DNA of 64,000 nt from Lama glama (lineage: Eukaryota), in contig CM052818.1 of the NCBI GenBank assembly GCA_028534125.1, forward strand, positions 30,072,001 through 30,136,000, read 5' to 3'. Below are positions 1-13,437 of this stretch, one piece after another. The notes below the pieces were generated by a model. It saw nothing but the letters and a program-made list of their open reading frames with translations. It was not told where the DNA came from and did no database searches. Position 1 is the stretch's first letter. The number at the start of each line of letters is the position of its first letter. The translations under genes were made by a program, and so were the position numbers.

Positions 1-117
1 CTAAAAACCTGTAATTTTTAAAGACAGAATACAGTAACTGCAATCTATTAGAAGTCAATGGTAGCTTAAACCCAAGATATCAAATTCAGAAACTCCTTTA
101 ATAAAAGACATTACTAC

Positions 118-251
118 CTGAAAGGACATCTGATAAATCAATTTCATCTGACTGGACACCAATGCTGCTGTTGTACACATTTTTACAAGAAGAGCCACTC
201 ATCTCCAAATCAAAGAGGACTGGATCAAATGGTGAACTATATAATCCATAT
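118..251 (-). CDS. BIRC6: BIRC6 exon 22 (134 nt) RYGLYSSPFDP...LSDVLS
   Basis: acceptor ttccag|A, donor CAG|GTAGTA. Confidence 0.94.
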
Positions 252-1009
252 CTGGAAAATAAAATAAAGTTCTAACAATTTTCCTGTCAGCCATCTAATT
301 AGCAAATCATCTATTTACTTAGGTTTAAAAGTAGTTTTTACACAGGGTAGGAGGAGACACTAACCAGATTTAACTCCTTAAATTCACTGAATCTCAACTA
401 TACTCCAAAAAACACTGATCAGAAACACAACAAATGTGATTTCATTTTAAACTGGTAGCTAATGATTCATCTGCAGACTGAATCAAGGAAGAGATATGAG
501 GCACCCATCCCTTGCCCCAGTCATTTACATTAACTCAGCAGAAAGTACAAGGGCTGAGTAAAATGTCGTCAAAAATCAAGATTTCTAATTTAAAAAGATT
601 ACAAAAATAATTGTTTTATATAAAACAATACTCTACTTCAAATGATTGGGCAAAAACTCAGATCTAATCTTTAGCTATTTCTTATTTCATTAGTTTAAGT
701 TTTAGAAAATCAAACAGCAGATGACAAATACTAGCTAAGGACAGTAAGTGATTTACATAATTCCACCCACAAAGTTTTAAGAACAGAGAAACAAATTCCC
801 TTAAATATGTCTTCTATTAGCAAGAACTACCACTTTTAAGTGTTTTAATATAATTAGCCCTCTGAATAACCATCTCCTGGACTTTCAAAATTGTTCAAGG
901 GATATATTTCCAGAAAAAATAAAGAGAGAGAGAACCTTAAGCAAATACATATAATAACAGTTCTGTACAAAGGTGGCATCATATCCAGAAAGGCCCGAGA
1001 TTAAAATAC

Positions 1010-1157
1010 CTTGTCTGAAGCAAAGCCTCCATTGGTGTTAGTCTGTCCTGTAACTGTCTGGACACAGCAGTGAGCAGGGATGCACACGCAGTGCTGCACC
1101 CAGCTAAATCTTCATCTTTAACATAATTCAGTAAGACAAAATACCAATAGACAGAAC
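1010..1157 (-). CDS. BIRC6: BIRC6 exon 21 (148 nt) GSVYWYFVLL...EALLQT
   Basis: acceptor tttttag|G, donor AAG|GTATTT. Confidence 0.95.
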
Positions 1158-2124
1158 CTAAAAACACCACAAATAAATCAATGTGTCATTTCCTTATTTT
1201 CTCTAACAAAAAGAACTTCAGATTTCATCTTTATCAGAATATCCCCTTTTCCTAGGAAGATTTTTGGGAAAAGAAAATCTGTAGGGCAACCTACAAAAAA
1301 GGATTAACTCCCCTCAGGGACTCTGACAAAGAGGACACTGGCAAAGAATTTCAATCATATTTTTTGAGAAATATATCAGGTCAATCTAGTCATTTAGGTT
1401 TTCAATAACATGAGATGACTCTGAGGGACATTTTATAACAGCTAGAAGAGTGGAGATGTCGGGTCCTTCATGCCATCTTTCCTAAAATACTGTTTCTCTG
1501 TACTAAAAATTTCAAAAACAATGGATGGCAGCTACAAATAACATACTGTAACAAGGAAATGAAGTACAGTTATTCTATACTGCCAGTTAGATATAGGTCA
1601 ACATAGCTTAAAGGATTATCATGATGATATATTTTAAGACTCATAAACTTTCACATATCTAACTACTAAATCCTAAGTATACCCCATAATTTAAGCATCC
1701 TACCTCTAAGACTATCCTCAAGAAACCGTTTTAAACACCAGAGACTATTAAAGTGAGCAACCAAGTCCAAAACATTCTATTCTATATAATTAGAAGTTAA
1801 TAATTTTAGCCAGTATATGTTCAAGGTAAACATAAACAGACTTTTTGTCTAAATTAAGACATTGATTAAAAAAAAAAGCATTTACAAACTAACTTTGAGC
1901 GAGCTTTTTTTCTGATATATCACAAAGATCAAATTCTTGTGAAATATGTTTATCTCACTGAGATAACTTGTTGAATGGGTTGTTTATTTATGAAACAAAA
2001 GATTGAGAAATGCCTACAAAAACTAACATTAAGTAAAGGACAAATCAGTAGCCCTTAACAGTAAATTCCTATATTATTACTTCATTCATTCTTGAACAGT
2101 ATTCCCACAGAGTTCAGATGCTGC

Positions 2125-2182
2125 AAAAAAACAAAACAAAACAAAACAAAACAAAGCAAGCAAACAAACAAATAAGCAAAAA
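2125..2182 (+). repeat. (AAAAC)n/(AAAC)n microsatellite
   Basis: directly visible. Confidence 0.85.
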
Positions 2183-2593
2183 CTACTGGCCCCTTCCAGA
2201 GAATTCTAGTTTGCCACAATCCCTACCAATCACACACAATAAGTGCATGAACCATTTTATTTATTTAGGTCATCTCTCAGGCACTTACTGACATTTTAGT
2301 TTGTGCCATCTGATCTACAATCAATAAATAATTATTTTAATGACGTACAGAAAATGTATGAATTGAGATGACTTGGTATTTACTTAAAACTCCAAATAAC
2401 TTTTTCCCTAAAAATATTATCAAACAGATAATATCTGCCTACCCAAACACAATTTAAAACCCCTTAAAAAACAGATAAGCTACAGAAAAAAAAGAAGACT
2501 AATTGAGAAAAACTAGTTAATATATAACCCAAAGCATACTGTGAGTTACTTCATGAGACTACAGGTATTTGTGACTGAACTAATTTCACATAC

Positions 2594-2691
2594 CACCAGT
2601 TGCTGCTGCAGGTAAAAATGACATATTATCAAGTAAGGCCTTCAACAAAACAGATCCAAATCCTGGTTGACATGGGTCACATTTGCCATTA
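2594..2691 (-). CDS. BIRC6: BIRC6 exon 20 (98 nt) SNGKCDPCQPG...PAAATG
   Basis: acceptor tttttcag|T, donor GTG|GTATGT. Confidence 0.95.
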
Positions 2692-3262
2692 CTGAAAAAA
2701 AGGTTTTAAAGAGAAAACGTAAATACATTACTCAACAAGGTATAAATCCAACTCTAAGCATAGTGTTGCACTTTCAAAAATCTTTTAAATGTACTTATAC
2801 AGACTGCAAGAAAATATGCCTTAAAGCCCTAAAGATGTGAAAAAAAGACAGCTTAAATTAGCTTTTAAATAATTTCCATATAGTTTGAGTTTCAGGGTTT
2901 AGAGAAAACGATCTGTACAATATTACAAATAAGCCTGGTAAATTGTTATAAAGCAGGGAACAAGGCCTCAGGTGAAGAATCCAAATACAGACAGTAAGAG
3001 TGAAAGTGGGTGAAGGGCTCCCCTTACCAAACTCCCCTGTTACTAATAGGCAGAGATGGTTAGTAGAATTCGTTTATTAACAGATTTAACATGACACTCT
3101 GCCCAAAAAACCCAAAATTTTTTCTTAGAATCTTAGTAATGTTTATCAGCTTTTGAAAATCTTAGTTATACATATATTCAACACCAAATTACACTATAGT
3201 CAAGATATCACCTGCCAAACTGCAGGTGCACCTTCAAAGTATATTTTCAACTTGAAACCAAC

Positions 3263-3394
3263 CTGATGCACAAGGCTAGAAATCGGGCACACTTATGGGC
3301 TATGCTTCGTCCTGCCTCAAAGAAACAAACACGTACAATGTCTGAAAGACATTTTCGTGTTTTTGAAAGCAAGCTCTCATTTCCTTCCTTTGAA
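3263..3394 (-). CDS. BIRC6: BIRC6 exon 19 (132 nt) SSKEGNESLL...FLALCI
   Basis: acceptor ttgcag|T, donor CAG|GTTGGT; follows a 90-nt intron. Confidence 0.95.
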
Positions 3395-3484
3395 CTGCAA
3401 AACAATAGCAGACATTTAGGCTCATCTTGAACTTCCAATTATAACATCCAAAGGGCAGTCCGTGGTAAATAAAATCTTATTAAC

Positions 3485-3646
3485 CTTCCAGGTCCATTTG
3501 AATGTACTCCAGCCAACCAACAGAGAGTATCTAACACGAGGCTCTGGGCATGTTCTGTAATTTGGCCATCATCTGCTTTTCTACACAGAGTGTTAAGAAG
3601 CTTCTCATGAAACTCCGAAAACTGTAACATGGCACATCGCTGCACT
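3485..3646 (-). CDS. BIRC6: BIRC6 exon 18 (162 nt) RVQRCAMLQF...HSNGPG
   Basis: acceptor tttgtag|A, donor AAG|GTTAAT. Confidence 0.95.
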
Positions 3647-3993
3647 CTACAAAAAACGAAATATAGACACACTAACAGCCAAAATGGAACAGTGAGACTA
3701 AACCTATTTCAACCTGGTTGGTCATATGTTTCATTTGAAATCATGAGTACCACAATTTTTAAGAAGAGAAATTATTTAAATTATAGGGCACTACATAGAC
3801 CCCAGGGAGAAACCAGTGAAGTGGAAATACAATACACAGCATCACTGAGATTATAAATTCTTAAAATGAAAACCAAACAAAAATTTTCAAGTAAAAGCCA
3901 GAATTTTAAAATTTTGTGTATGTTGGTATATTTACTGGAATTCTTCCTTTGTACTTTTATTATTTTAAGAATAGTAAAAGGAACTGAGATTAC

Positions 3994-4127
3994 CTTTCCT
4001 TAGAAATTGAAGTTTTCTTAAATCTTCGAATTGTGACTGAGACCTCTTGAAGTAAGTCACAGCCCCGGAGGTTTTCGGATTTACGGGTACCACCTGCATT
4101 TTCATTCTTAACATTAGATGATTTTTC
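3994..4127 (-). CDS. BIRC6: BIRC6 exon 17 (134 nt) EKSSNVKNEN...KTSISKE
   Basis: acceptor tttag|G, donor AAG|GTAATC. Confidence 0.95.
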
Positions 4128-4359
4128 CTAAACATATAAAAATAAATAACTGAATGAACAATCCAATGAAACAAAAAAATTTACTATGAAATTTTACAAA
4201 TAAAATAACTGAATTATGACTATCAAAACATAAATCTCAAATTAAAATGATAGCTTTACCCTCATATTCAGTAAATGATTAATTTGCCCCAGAATTATAA
4301 CAAGGGAAAAAAAAGAAAGACATCATCACTGTTTAAAGGTAACAACCCACTGAATAAAG

Positions 4360-4560
4360 ATTATAAAGCCCGAGTCTTGAGTCTAAGTCCCAGCAATAGC
4401 TATATGAGATATGCCAGCTCCCCAGTCTCTAAGGTTCACTCACTTTCAATAGGAAAAATGGAGGTAATAGCACCTGCTCTGCCTACCTCAGAGTTATTTT
4501 GAGGATTAAATCAGATAAAGTACACAGAAGTCCTTGAAAAATTGGAAGACCTATACAAAT
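4360..4560 (+). mobile_element. MIR SINE
   Basis: AAAATGGAGGTAATAGCACCTG..CCTACCTCAGAGTTATTTTGAGGATTAAAT. Confidence 0.65.
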
Positions 4561-5146
4561 ATAAGATGATTGGTGTTACTGATATTGCTATTGTTGCTTA
4601 TGAATAATGATGATAGAGAAACAAAATCTCCAGAGTTCAGGAAAATCCAAGATCAGGTAAGTATGAAGAAACTATATGACACACAGCTAGCTGTAGAAAA
4701 CGAACCATGAAAATTAAGATACATCTCTAAAATCACTTCTCAACTTCTCTTCCTTCAGCCTCCCAAATGTTTACAGGAAAAAAAAAACAAAACCCAAAAA
4801 ACAAAAAAAAGCAAAAACACTCAGCAGTGAGTTACCAATAGAAGGCATAAAAACAAAGTCTCACACCCAAGGAAAGAAGCATCACTGTCCAAAATAATTA
4901 TAAAGGGGAGTACCTGCTAACAATTACTCCCTACTGAATATACTTTATAAAAGCTAGGTAGTCTGCTTAAAGTTAATTCAAATATTTTTTCCCTGATTAT
5001 GTTTTTTTAACTCGCAGCAAAGAAAGTATAAACAAAGTTTCTATAGAGAAATCAATTACAGACCATACTACTTCCAATAGTGTGCCAAATCTCATCCAAA
5101 TGTTTAAAACAGCAATGTTACAGTTCAAAACGACATCGTTTCATAC

Positions 5147-5325
5147 CTTGCCGGCTGCAACTTTTGCCAAGAGTGAAGCAAGTGAATAACCCTTGTTACT
5201 CTGGTGTTTTAGGGATGGAAGTCTTACTACAGGACGTATACCACCATTACAGATCTCATCTGTTCCTCTTTCATTCACTGCCTTGACGTGGATTAAAAAT
5301 GAACGATATTTTCCTCCTGCCATAC
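5147..5325 (-). CDS. BIRC6: BIRC6 exon 16 (179 nt) GMAGGKYRSF...KVAAGK
   Basis: acceptor ctctag|G, donor AAG|GTATGA. Confidence 0.95.
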
Positions 5326-5764
5326 CTAGAGGAGTAGTGTAGAATGGGATAAATAATTCAATCATCAAAAAATCATATTGTTTTCATCTCCACAGAACAA
5401 GTGGAGTAATTAACTCCACAAAAAGAAAAATATACTTGGCCAGCATTTTTAAATTACACTGCTTGCATATAATAAGGTTAAATTACCTTCATACATTGGT
5501 AGCAAAAGAACAAAAAGCACAGGGATTATGTGAACAGCATAAGATAGAAATTTCAAAGGGTTATAAACACCTGGTATATTTTTTCCCAAAGAAGTTATTT
5601 ATTTTAATAGAAATCTGGGGAACTACAGGAAAACACACACACAAAAGAATGGTCATTAAGGCAACCCCCAAAGACAATGATGTATCTTTACGTATATCGA
5701 TCCAGGCTTTTTATGCATGCATGCACACACATGCATATGTGGATGCACAAGTACACATTACAGT

Positions 5765-5970
5765 ATTACAGCTGAAAAAGCACAGGCTCTGGGGTCACTA
5801 CCCGGGTTTGATAGTGACCCTGCCATTTTATTAGGCATGTGATAAATTAACCTCTCCATGGTTCAGTTTCTTCAAAAGTAAAATGAGAATACTAGTACCT
5901 ACCTCAAAGGTAACTAAAACACAACTGCATGGCACAAAAGAAGCACTCAATAAATATGGATTGTTATTAA
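5765..5970 (+). mobile_element. MIR SINE
   Basis: TTCAGTTTCTTCAAAAGTAAAATGAGAATACTAGTACCTACCTCA; GCACTCAATAAAT. Confidence 0.7.
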
Positions 5971-7396
5971 CACTAGTTTGCATTTGCTACGGTTTTAACT
6001 AAATTGAGATAATATTATACAATCTATATGTAAAACTTGTCATAAAAATACCCTCAAACTAACATATTTATAAGCAAGCCATAAGCCTATTATTGCTTAA
6101 ACAGGTATTAACTCTTTCTGTGACTACAAAAGCTCCTTCTGTTCTTTTCCACTGATCTGCAGGCCTACTGTGCTAGCACCGCACTCATACAGTCTTCTTA
6201 TTGCTGTATTATTCTAGGTTCTAGTATCTAGTAAGACCCTCTTTCTCAATCTTCTTCTAAATTTCTTTGGCTCATAACATCCTGTTACTCATCCACAAAA
6301 ACACAGCAATCATTTTCTGCAGTTTAAAGATTCTTTTTAAGGAATTTGATGAGAAAAAGAGTCATTCCTACTAAATTCAGGAAAAATTAACACTTTCACA
6401 TTATTGAATCTTTTAAAATGCATGTCATTTAATTCCATCCCCAATTTTGTCAAAGCCAACAGTTTAATTTTCATATAAAATTTTAAGTGTCACACTCTCA
6501 TTCAACAAAACTTAAACTCTCAGCAATATGAGAAGAGATTTTTTTGTTTTGCTTACCACTGTAGCCCAGTATGTACCCTAATACATCATAGGGTCTCATG
6601 AACTTGATGAATAAGATGCAAGTCAAGGGAGTACATTCAAATTTATATAAATACTATGCCTGCAACTAAATGTAAATGTGTGAATAGGGACAAACAAATT
6701 AAGATAGTTATTTAGGTGGTCAGGTACTTCCTTGGTTTGGGGAAGGATCTCTACATCCTACCCCACCTCCAAATATACTTTAATAATCGAAGTGTCTCAT
6801 TTGTTGGCTTTTTATATCTACCCCTGGGATGCAAAGGTGAAATAAATGTCCTACTACTGCAATATCTAATATCTATAAAATGGCCAATTTTTAAATATAC
6901 ATTAATTATCAGTTTGTGTTTGAGACATTCAAATCATTACCTCTGATACTTTCAAAACTCCTCTATAAAAACTTACCCTTTAAGAGAAGATAAATGTGTG
7001 TTCTATATGACAATATATAATATATATATATAGTCATATATAAAAACATCTGAAGATACACGACTCTAAATTAATGGAAAAAGCAAACATGCCAGAACAT
7101 GGTGTCTGGTTATTCGGAAGAATTGTTATGTCACGCTAAGTCATTCTGCATTCACTTTTTATACTTTTTTCAAAAGCACTGAGACTTCAAGACACAGAAA
7201 GTAGGATCTACAGTTTCACATAACAATAGTCACTTATGAGAGGAAATCACTTCAGCTACCAGGAAACCAATGGAATTGCTAACAAAAAGTCCCCTACACC
7301 TCTGCCAAAAATCTTACTTTTCTGAAATCATTTTTTTAATCTACTTTTACAACTATGGCGTTATTAATCCTACTTTTGTAAAATATGTTACTTCAC

Positions 7397-7528
7397 CTTT
7401 AACAAGTTTGGGGCTTGTTAATGTCAACATCCCAGCATGCCCTGATAGGTCAAGGCCACTAGCAAGCCATACTGGACCACACAGAATGTCTTCTTTATGA
7501 TCTTCTAAAAATGGACATAATCTAAGAC
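7397..7528 (-). CDS. BIRC6: BIRC6 exon 15 (132 nt) CLRLCPFLEDHK...SPKLVK
   Basis: acceptor tttag|G, donor AAG|GTGAAG. Confidence 0.95.
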
Positions 7529-8009
7529 CTAAAAAGAAAAACACAGATTTTTCTTTTAAATTAGCATATAATTTAAAATGCAATATTGAATAAGCAAATA
7601 TCCATCCCATTTACATATAACACCACCACACAAAATTCCACACTTAGAACATATTCAAGTAAGAATTCACTATCATATCAAGGAATTATAATCAATTATC
7701 TGATATATTATGTTGTTTTTCATGCCCACATTATTTACATTCACCTTGATTTTCAAAAAAAAACAAAACAAAACTATGATTTCAAATCCCGAGATATTAA
7801 AAAACAAGAATGTAAGTATTAGCGCAGCTGTGTTCACAAAGATGAGCTGAAAGTTAGAGCATACTGCCAAAGCAGAATTATAGGTTATTTTTAATTGTGT
7901 TCTTAAAACCAAGTTTTTGCAAGCCATAAGGAAATCTTTGCCCAAAATGATGCATTTGGATCACTACTCCTTTTACTGTCATGGACAACAGCTCTATAAT
8001 TTAACTCAC

Positions 8010-8099
8010 ACTGTGATTCCTCTACATCCATGTGCTGCATTTCTTCATTCAAATCAATCAGGGACGGTTTCCCATTTTGTTCCACTTCAATGTTAAGAG
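8010..8099 (-). CDS. BIRC6: BIRC6 exon 14 short form (90 nt) ALNIEVEQ...DVEESQ; long form starts at 8141
   Basis: acceptor tctccag|C (alternative cctctag|A 42 nt upstream, in frame), donor AGT|GTGAGT. Confidence 0.92.
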
Positions 8100-9182
8100 C
8101 TGGAGACAAAGGAAAGGTGATCTGCCTATCTACTGCTGTTTCTAGAGGATAAAAATATTAGTAAACTTAATTTTGCTTAAAATCAATGATTTATGTGCCT
8201 AAAATTCTAAAATTTTCTGTAAAACTGGGAACTACAGTGATTTTCATCACAGATGCTGTAAAATGGTTGTTAGGAGAGGAAGAAAATCAGATTCAATGAA
8301 TTGTTTCATAAGTTCTTCTCACTTTTAATGATAGTAAAATATTCACCTGAAGAAATAATTTGCTGGCGACTTAACTAAGAGTTCTTACCCTAGGCTGCAC
8401 AGTACAGCAACTGCACAGTTTTAAAAATACCAATACCTAAGTCCTTATCCCCAGTTAAATAGAATCTGTCATGATTCAAAAGAACACATACACACACACA
8501 AAATACACACATATGTATACAAAAACATATATATACACAAATACACACATACACATTTGTGAAATAGGAAATGTTTCTTGTTTCAAAGTTTTTATCCCTA
8601 GTGTGAAACAGCCAATTTACTCTTTATTAATTATCCTCAGTCTTTTAAATTAACCTATTAAGGAGAAAACACTGAGAAATAACATCTAGTTTCCGATATG
8701 CTAAATATGTACAATCCATTTTAATATCTCAATATATGAAATTCTGAGCTTGCAAGAAAGGTAAATAAAAATGGGTATACTTCTGGCATTACATGAGAGG
8801 TTGGGTTTTATAATAACCTTCAAAGAGTATGTGACATCCATAACAAAGTTCTTTTCCCAACCAAGTCTCCTCTTACAAAGAGAACTAGTAATGCTGAAAG
8901 TGAAACTAACTCATAAAAGAACTAACTGCATTTCCCAGAAAGCAAAATTAAATTAAGATTGTATAACACTAAACAACAATGAGTAACTGAAAAGCTCTTA
9001 AATGTTCTCTGAATTAACTTTTCTAAATCAAACCACAAAAAGTAGAGCAGGAAAACAGCATGTGGGTGAGGGGGCAAGAAGGGACATCAAACCTAGACAG
9101 TCAAATCGAAAATCAGTTTTCTTTTTGTTTTTTTAAACCAACCAGATAAAATTTTCAAATGTAAACTTTGATTCATTCTTAC

Positions 9183-9343
9183 CATTGACTTTCCCTAAGC
9201 CTGGAGCTTTATTTTTCAGCAGTGTCACTTGTATTTGTGGAATATTGGTGATGTTTGAGTTCAAAACAAATTTGAAGTCCACATGTCCAACCATACAAGC
9301 TTTAGGCAGAACCAATTCAAATACATGTTCATCCCAGCTGTTG
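9183..9343 (-). CDS. BIRC6: BIRC6 exon 13 (161 nt) SNSWDEHVFELVLPK...GLGKVN
   Basis: acceptor cttacag|C, donor ATG|GTAAGA. Confidence 0.95.
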
Positions 9344-9789
9344 CTGTAAGGGAAAAAAATTATAAATAAAGCGAAAATCTTTCTTCAGTCATAACCATCT
9401 TATTACTAATGTCACCTTTCATACACTCTGCAACCTCCACAAAATTTCATGCTTCTTAATAGGATTAGGAAAAAAGATAAGCAGTTCTACTGAGAAAGAT
9501 TTCTCAATAGAGAAACTTAGGGCAGACTTAGGGCAATGAATAATCTTACCTCAGGAATCTACATTACTGTCTTGGGAATTGTACATTCCAATAAACCCTT
9601 GTTCCTCTAAGTGGGGACTACTGTGCATCAAAATTATGTGCAGATTCATGGGCCCCACCCAAAATCTAAGAGGGTGGGGAGGTGTCACAGGAATTTGTAT
9701 TTTAAAATAAGAACTTCATGTATTTCTTATACATGCCCATTCTGATTCTAAATTCTATATACATGCTGAAAAATAAAAATCTTCAAACC

Positions 9790-10720
9790 ATGCTCCTCTA
9801 CTAAATTCCAAACTCATATCCAAATGCCTACCAGATATCTCAAAACTATCATAAATAAACCCAAACTTGATTATCAACTCCAATATCAGTAAACAGAAAT
9901 TTCATTTTTCAATTAGCTCAATCCAAACATTAGCCATCTTTAACTATTCTCTCTCCCACCAGAGGCTCATTAGCATGTACCATTTCTTCTACCTCCAAAC
10001 TCCATCTGACCAGTCTTCACTGCCTCCATAAACTATCACCATGGTCCAAGTTATCATTACCACCACAATTACCTGAATTATCACAACAGCATTCAAACTA
10101 AAATTGTTGCTTCTATCACTGTCCCCCCCAATATAGACACCACAACCATTCATAACCCACTGTCAACACAGTAGTCTTACCGTATCCTTCTAAAAAATAA
10201 ATTGTAGCACATCACTCCTATATTCAAAACCATCTAACATCTTCCCACCTCACTCAGCAGAGAAGTCTTACTATGAACAACAAAGACAATCTAGCTACCA
10301 ACTACCTCATTTGATCTTACCTCCTACCACTCTCCCCTATGTTCACTTAACTCCAATAGTAGTCTTTTTGCTCCTACTAGAATTCGTAAAACATACCTCT
10401 CAGGGTCTTGTACATGCTACTGCCTTTGGATTAATGTCTTCATGGAGGCCTTTCTCAGGACCCTTGTATAAAAATATCACACATATTTTTCTCTCCTTCT
10501 CTCAATCTCTCACACATTTACACACCCAACAACTACTCTATCACCATACTATTTTGACATGTTTCAGAGCTTTTATGACTATATGACACAGCAGGTAATT
10601 TGCTTACTGTCTAGCTATCCGCACCAGAATATAAATTTCACAAAAGTCATATTACTAGTGCTCACAAAAGTGTCTGCACAAATCAAGCATTTAAATATTT
10701 GGTCACTCAATCTATAAATT
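9790..10720 (-). mobile_element. L2 fragment
   Basis: C/A-rich decayed L2 motifs (ACTCATATCCAAATGCCTAC, CACATCACTCCT, CATACCTCTCAGGG). Confidence 0.6.
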
Positions 10721-10953
10721 TATTTAACAAACTAACTGCAATGATGGATTACTCTCAATATTTTATCCTACAACTAAGAATAAGAATATAGGAATTTCTA
10801 AAGTTAAGGTGACAAATAAAAGGAATCAAGTTATTAACATGCAAAAGTTAAGAGAAAGAGTAACATACACATATAAAATAATTCTGTGTTGCTTCTAACA
10901 AATATATTAGATGCACTTAAAATTAAAATAAAAACCTTGGAAGAATGTTTTAC

Positions 10954-11179
10954 CTGTCAGTCTGTAGTTTCCAAGTCCTAGTATGCTGAGCAGCATCTCC
11001 GTGATGTTGCTGATGCAAGTGTTGAGGATGTCTCCTTTGCTGCTGTTCTTGTTGAACTTCCACCCAACATGGAGGAACAGTAGCTGAAAACCGTGGGGTC
11101 AAAGTCTCAAAGCGGGTTAGCTCCACTAGAGATGTTAGGATGTCAAGGGTGAATGGCTGGTCCACCAATAAATCAACTC
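10954..11179 (-). CDS. BIRC6: BIRC6 exon 12 (226 nt) GVDLLVDQPF...WKLQTD, with Q/H-rich stretch
   Basis: acceptor ttgttaag|G, donor CAG|GTAAAA. Confidence 0.95.
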
Positions 11180-12235
11180 CTTAACAATAGTGAATGTAGA
11201 ATTTGAAATAGGTTTTTTTAAAAAAGAAGTTTTTAATTCATGTTTTTTCTCTAGTCAATTACAACATGTACTGAATATCCTGAAAGTTGATCATGACATG
11301 CAACTAAAGTAACAAGCACTGACTACATGATAGGCATAAGAAAAATCCATCTTGAAAATTTTAAATTATAGAAAGGGTACTCTATTGGAGAAACCCAGAC
11401 CCAACCTGTTAGAAGAGCCCTGAGTGAGCTTTAACAAGCCCCACGTTAATAAGAACAACAAAAGTGGTGGTGCTGAAATGCAAGCCAAACTTATAGCAGA
11501 TTGATAACTCTTACACTTTGTTATTTACAAAACAAAATGCTAAATTAAACATCAGCAAGCATATAACATCTGCCCTATTTTTACTTTATTAAAGATTTTT
11601 TAAGTCAAAGCTATACTGATGGCAACCAAATACTTACTTACAAACAAAAAGCTTAAAAATACTTTAAAAATGGTATTTTTTTCAACTTCTGTAGTAGTTA
11701 AGAGTATCTTGTATACATACTAGTATTATAAGAGTAACAATCTGCTTCAAAGAGATTAGCTTGCTTTTACAAATACATGTATTCACATCTGTAAAATGCC
11801 TAACATAAGACAAAGCTGAAAGACTGCTGTTCCTGTTCCAAAGAACAAAAGTAAGTTTTTAAAAAGGCTAAAATACAAAATCTGGTAAGTTTAGAATAGC
11901 TTCACAAAGAAAATGTACACTGAGTTCTATAAAATTATTACAGGTGTACTTCAAATTACATTTTTCCTCAAAGCTTAGAGCTCTTTAAAATCTGACTGAA
12001 ACTGTATTAAATGTTGTTTGTAAACATTAACAGCATATCCATGTTCCTCCTTTACATTACTCACTTCTTTATAATCCAATTCATCTTTACTAAATAGTAT
12101 TTCTACAGACTTTACATGAAAATTATTATACCAATATCCTATAAAATGAAAATATTCAGAACTTTTGCTTTTTAACAAACTTGTGAAGTTAATCGAGACA
12201 ATCAAATCTAATTACACATGGCAAGAGACATGAGT

Positions 12236-12423
12236 CAGTTTACCTCAACCAGGGGACAATGTTGCCTCTCATCAGCCATCTGGATGGGGGCAATTACATG
12301 TGCTACTAGAATCTAGTAGGTAAAAGCCAGAGATGCTGCTAATACAGCACAGGACAGTCCTCCCACAACAAAAAAAAATTATCTAGTCTGAAATGTCAAC
12401 AGCGCTGAGGTTGAGAAGCTCTG
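12236..12423. mobile_element. MER20-like hAT DNA transposon
   Basis: CAGT..CTCAACC start; GCCAGAGATGCTGCTAA core; GAGGTTGAGAAGCTCTG end. Confidence 0.8.
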
Positions 12424-13437
12424 ACATATAAAGTTGTGATGAATGTCATGTATTATACTAATACAACTAAAATTAAGTGTATTATGCTAGTAATCATTAA
12501 AAGTTTGCCTTTGGTGCAAAGAAGAATAACAAAAGCCCAAATATAAGTACCCATGAAGACAAAAATCAGCTTTATGTATTATATTTGGAATATGCTTGAG
12601 TTTAAACATTCTTTTTCACTGAAGATTCATTAAATTTCTTTTAAATGCTAGTTTTGGGGAATAAAATGTCTAAGTGCTAAAAGTAAAATGTAACAGTGCA
12701 ATGGAAGTACAAAAGGGCATGGCATAAAAGGTAAGGAAAGAGTTTAGTGTAATAGGTGAAGAGCATGAAACTGAATTATACCCTTAAGAAACCATGAAAA
12801 GTTTGCCATAACTAGAGATTGAGAAGACTAGTGTTACTAGTCCACAAAGTAAATAAAGATTTTTAAGTAGGGATAACATTTTGAAAAACTAGTTCTGGAG
12901 GGCAGCATAGAACATAGATGGGAGAAAAGGCAAAAACAACAAATAGAAATAAACCTATCTAAAAGGTTCACAGTGGGGCAATGAGCGTTCGAATATATCA
13001 CCCTACGGGGATGATTTTTTTTTTCCAGCTTTTTGATTCCAGTAGTATTAGCCATTCTACTCACTTTACACTTATTTAATGAACTCTCCTCTCTTTCACA
13101 TGTTTTGTTCCTCCCTAACTAGACCAAAAGCTCCTTAATGATCAAAATAATGTTTTTACTTCTTAGGTAACTTCATTAATACTCGTCAACCTACCACAGG
13201 TTGAGAATCATTTCTTATTTTAATGTTTACAACATTTTCCAACTACTGAGAAAATGATAAATAATACCAAAAAAAAAAAAAGCCTGGTTAAAAAAAAAAG
13301 TCAATAAGGAAATGAACTCTCATAGAACCAAGAACTGAATCTAAAATGAAATAATGTTTTAAGAGTATATAAGATTCAGAAAACATCACAAGAATTTGCA
13401 CTTTTAAAAAATCATTAAAAAAAACTTAGTATCATAC

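Noticed and set aside
3395..3484. 90-nt intron 18 as an in-frame retained coding intron
   Set aside because: Although divisible by 3, it has an in-frame stop at 3439-3441.
5792..5820. Hairpin GGGTCACTA...TAGTGACCC
   Set aside because: 9-bp stem within the tRNA-derived head of a MIR; not informative.
5436..5834. 132-aa plus-strand ORF
   Set aside because: Non-ATG start, runs through CA-rich low complexity and a MIR, and the protein is not recognisable.
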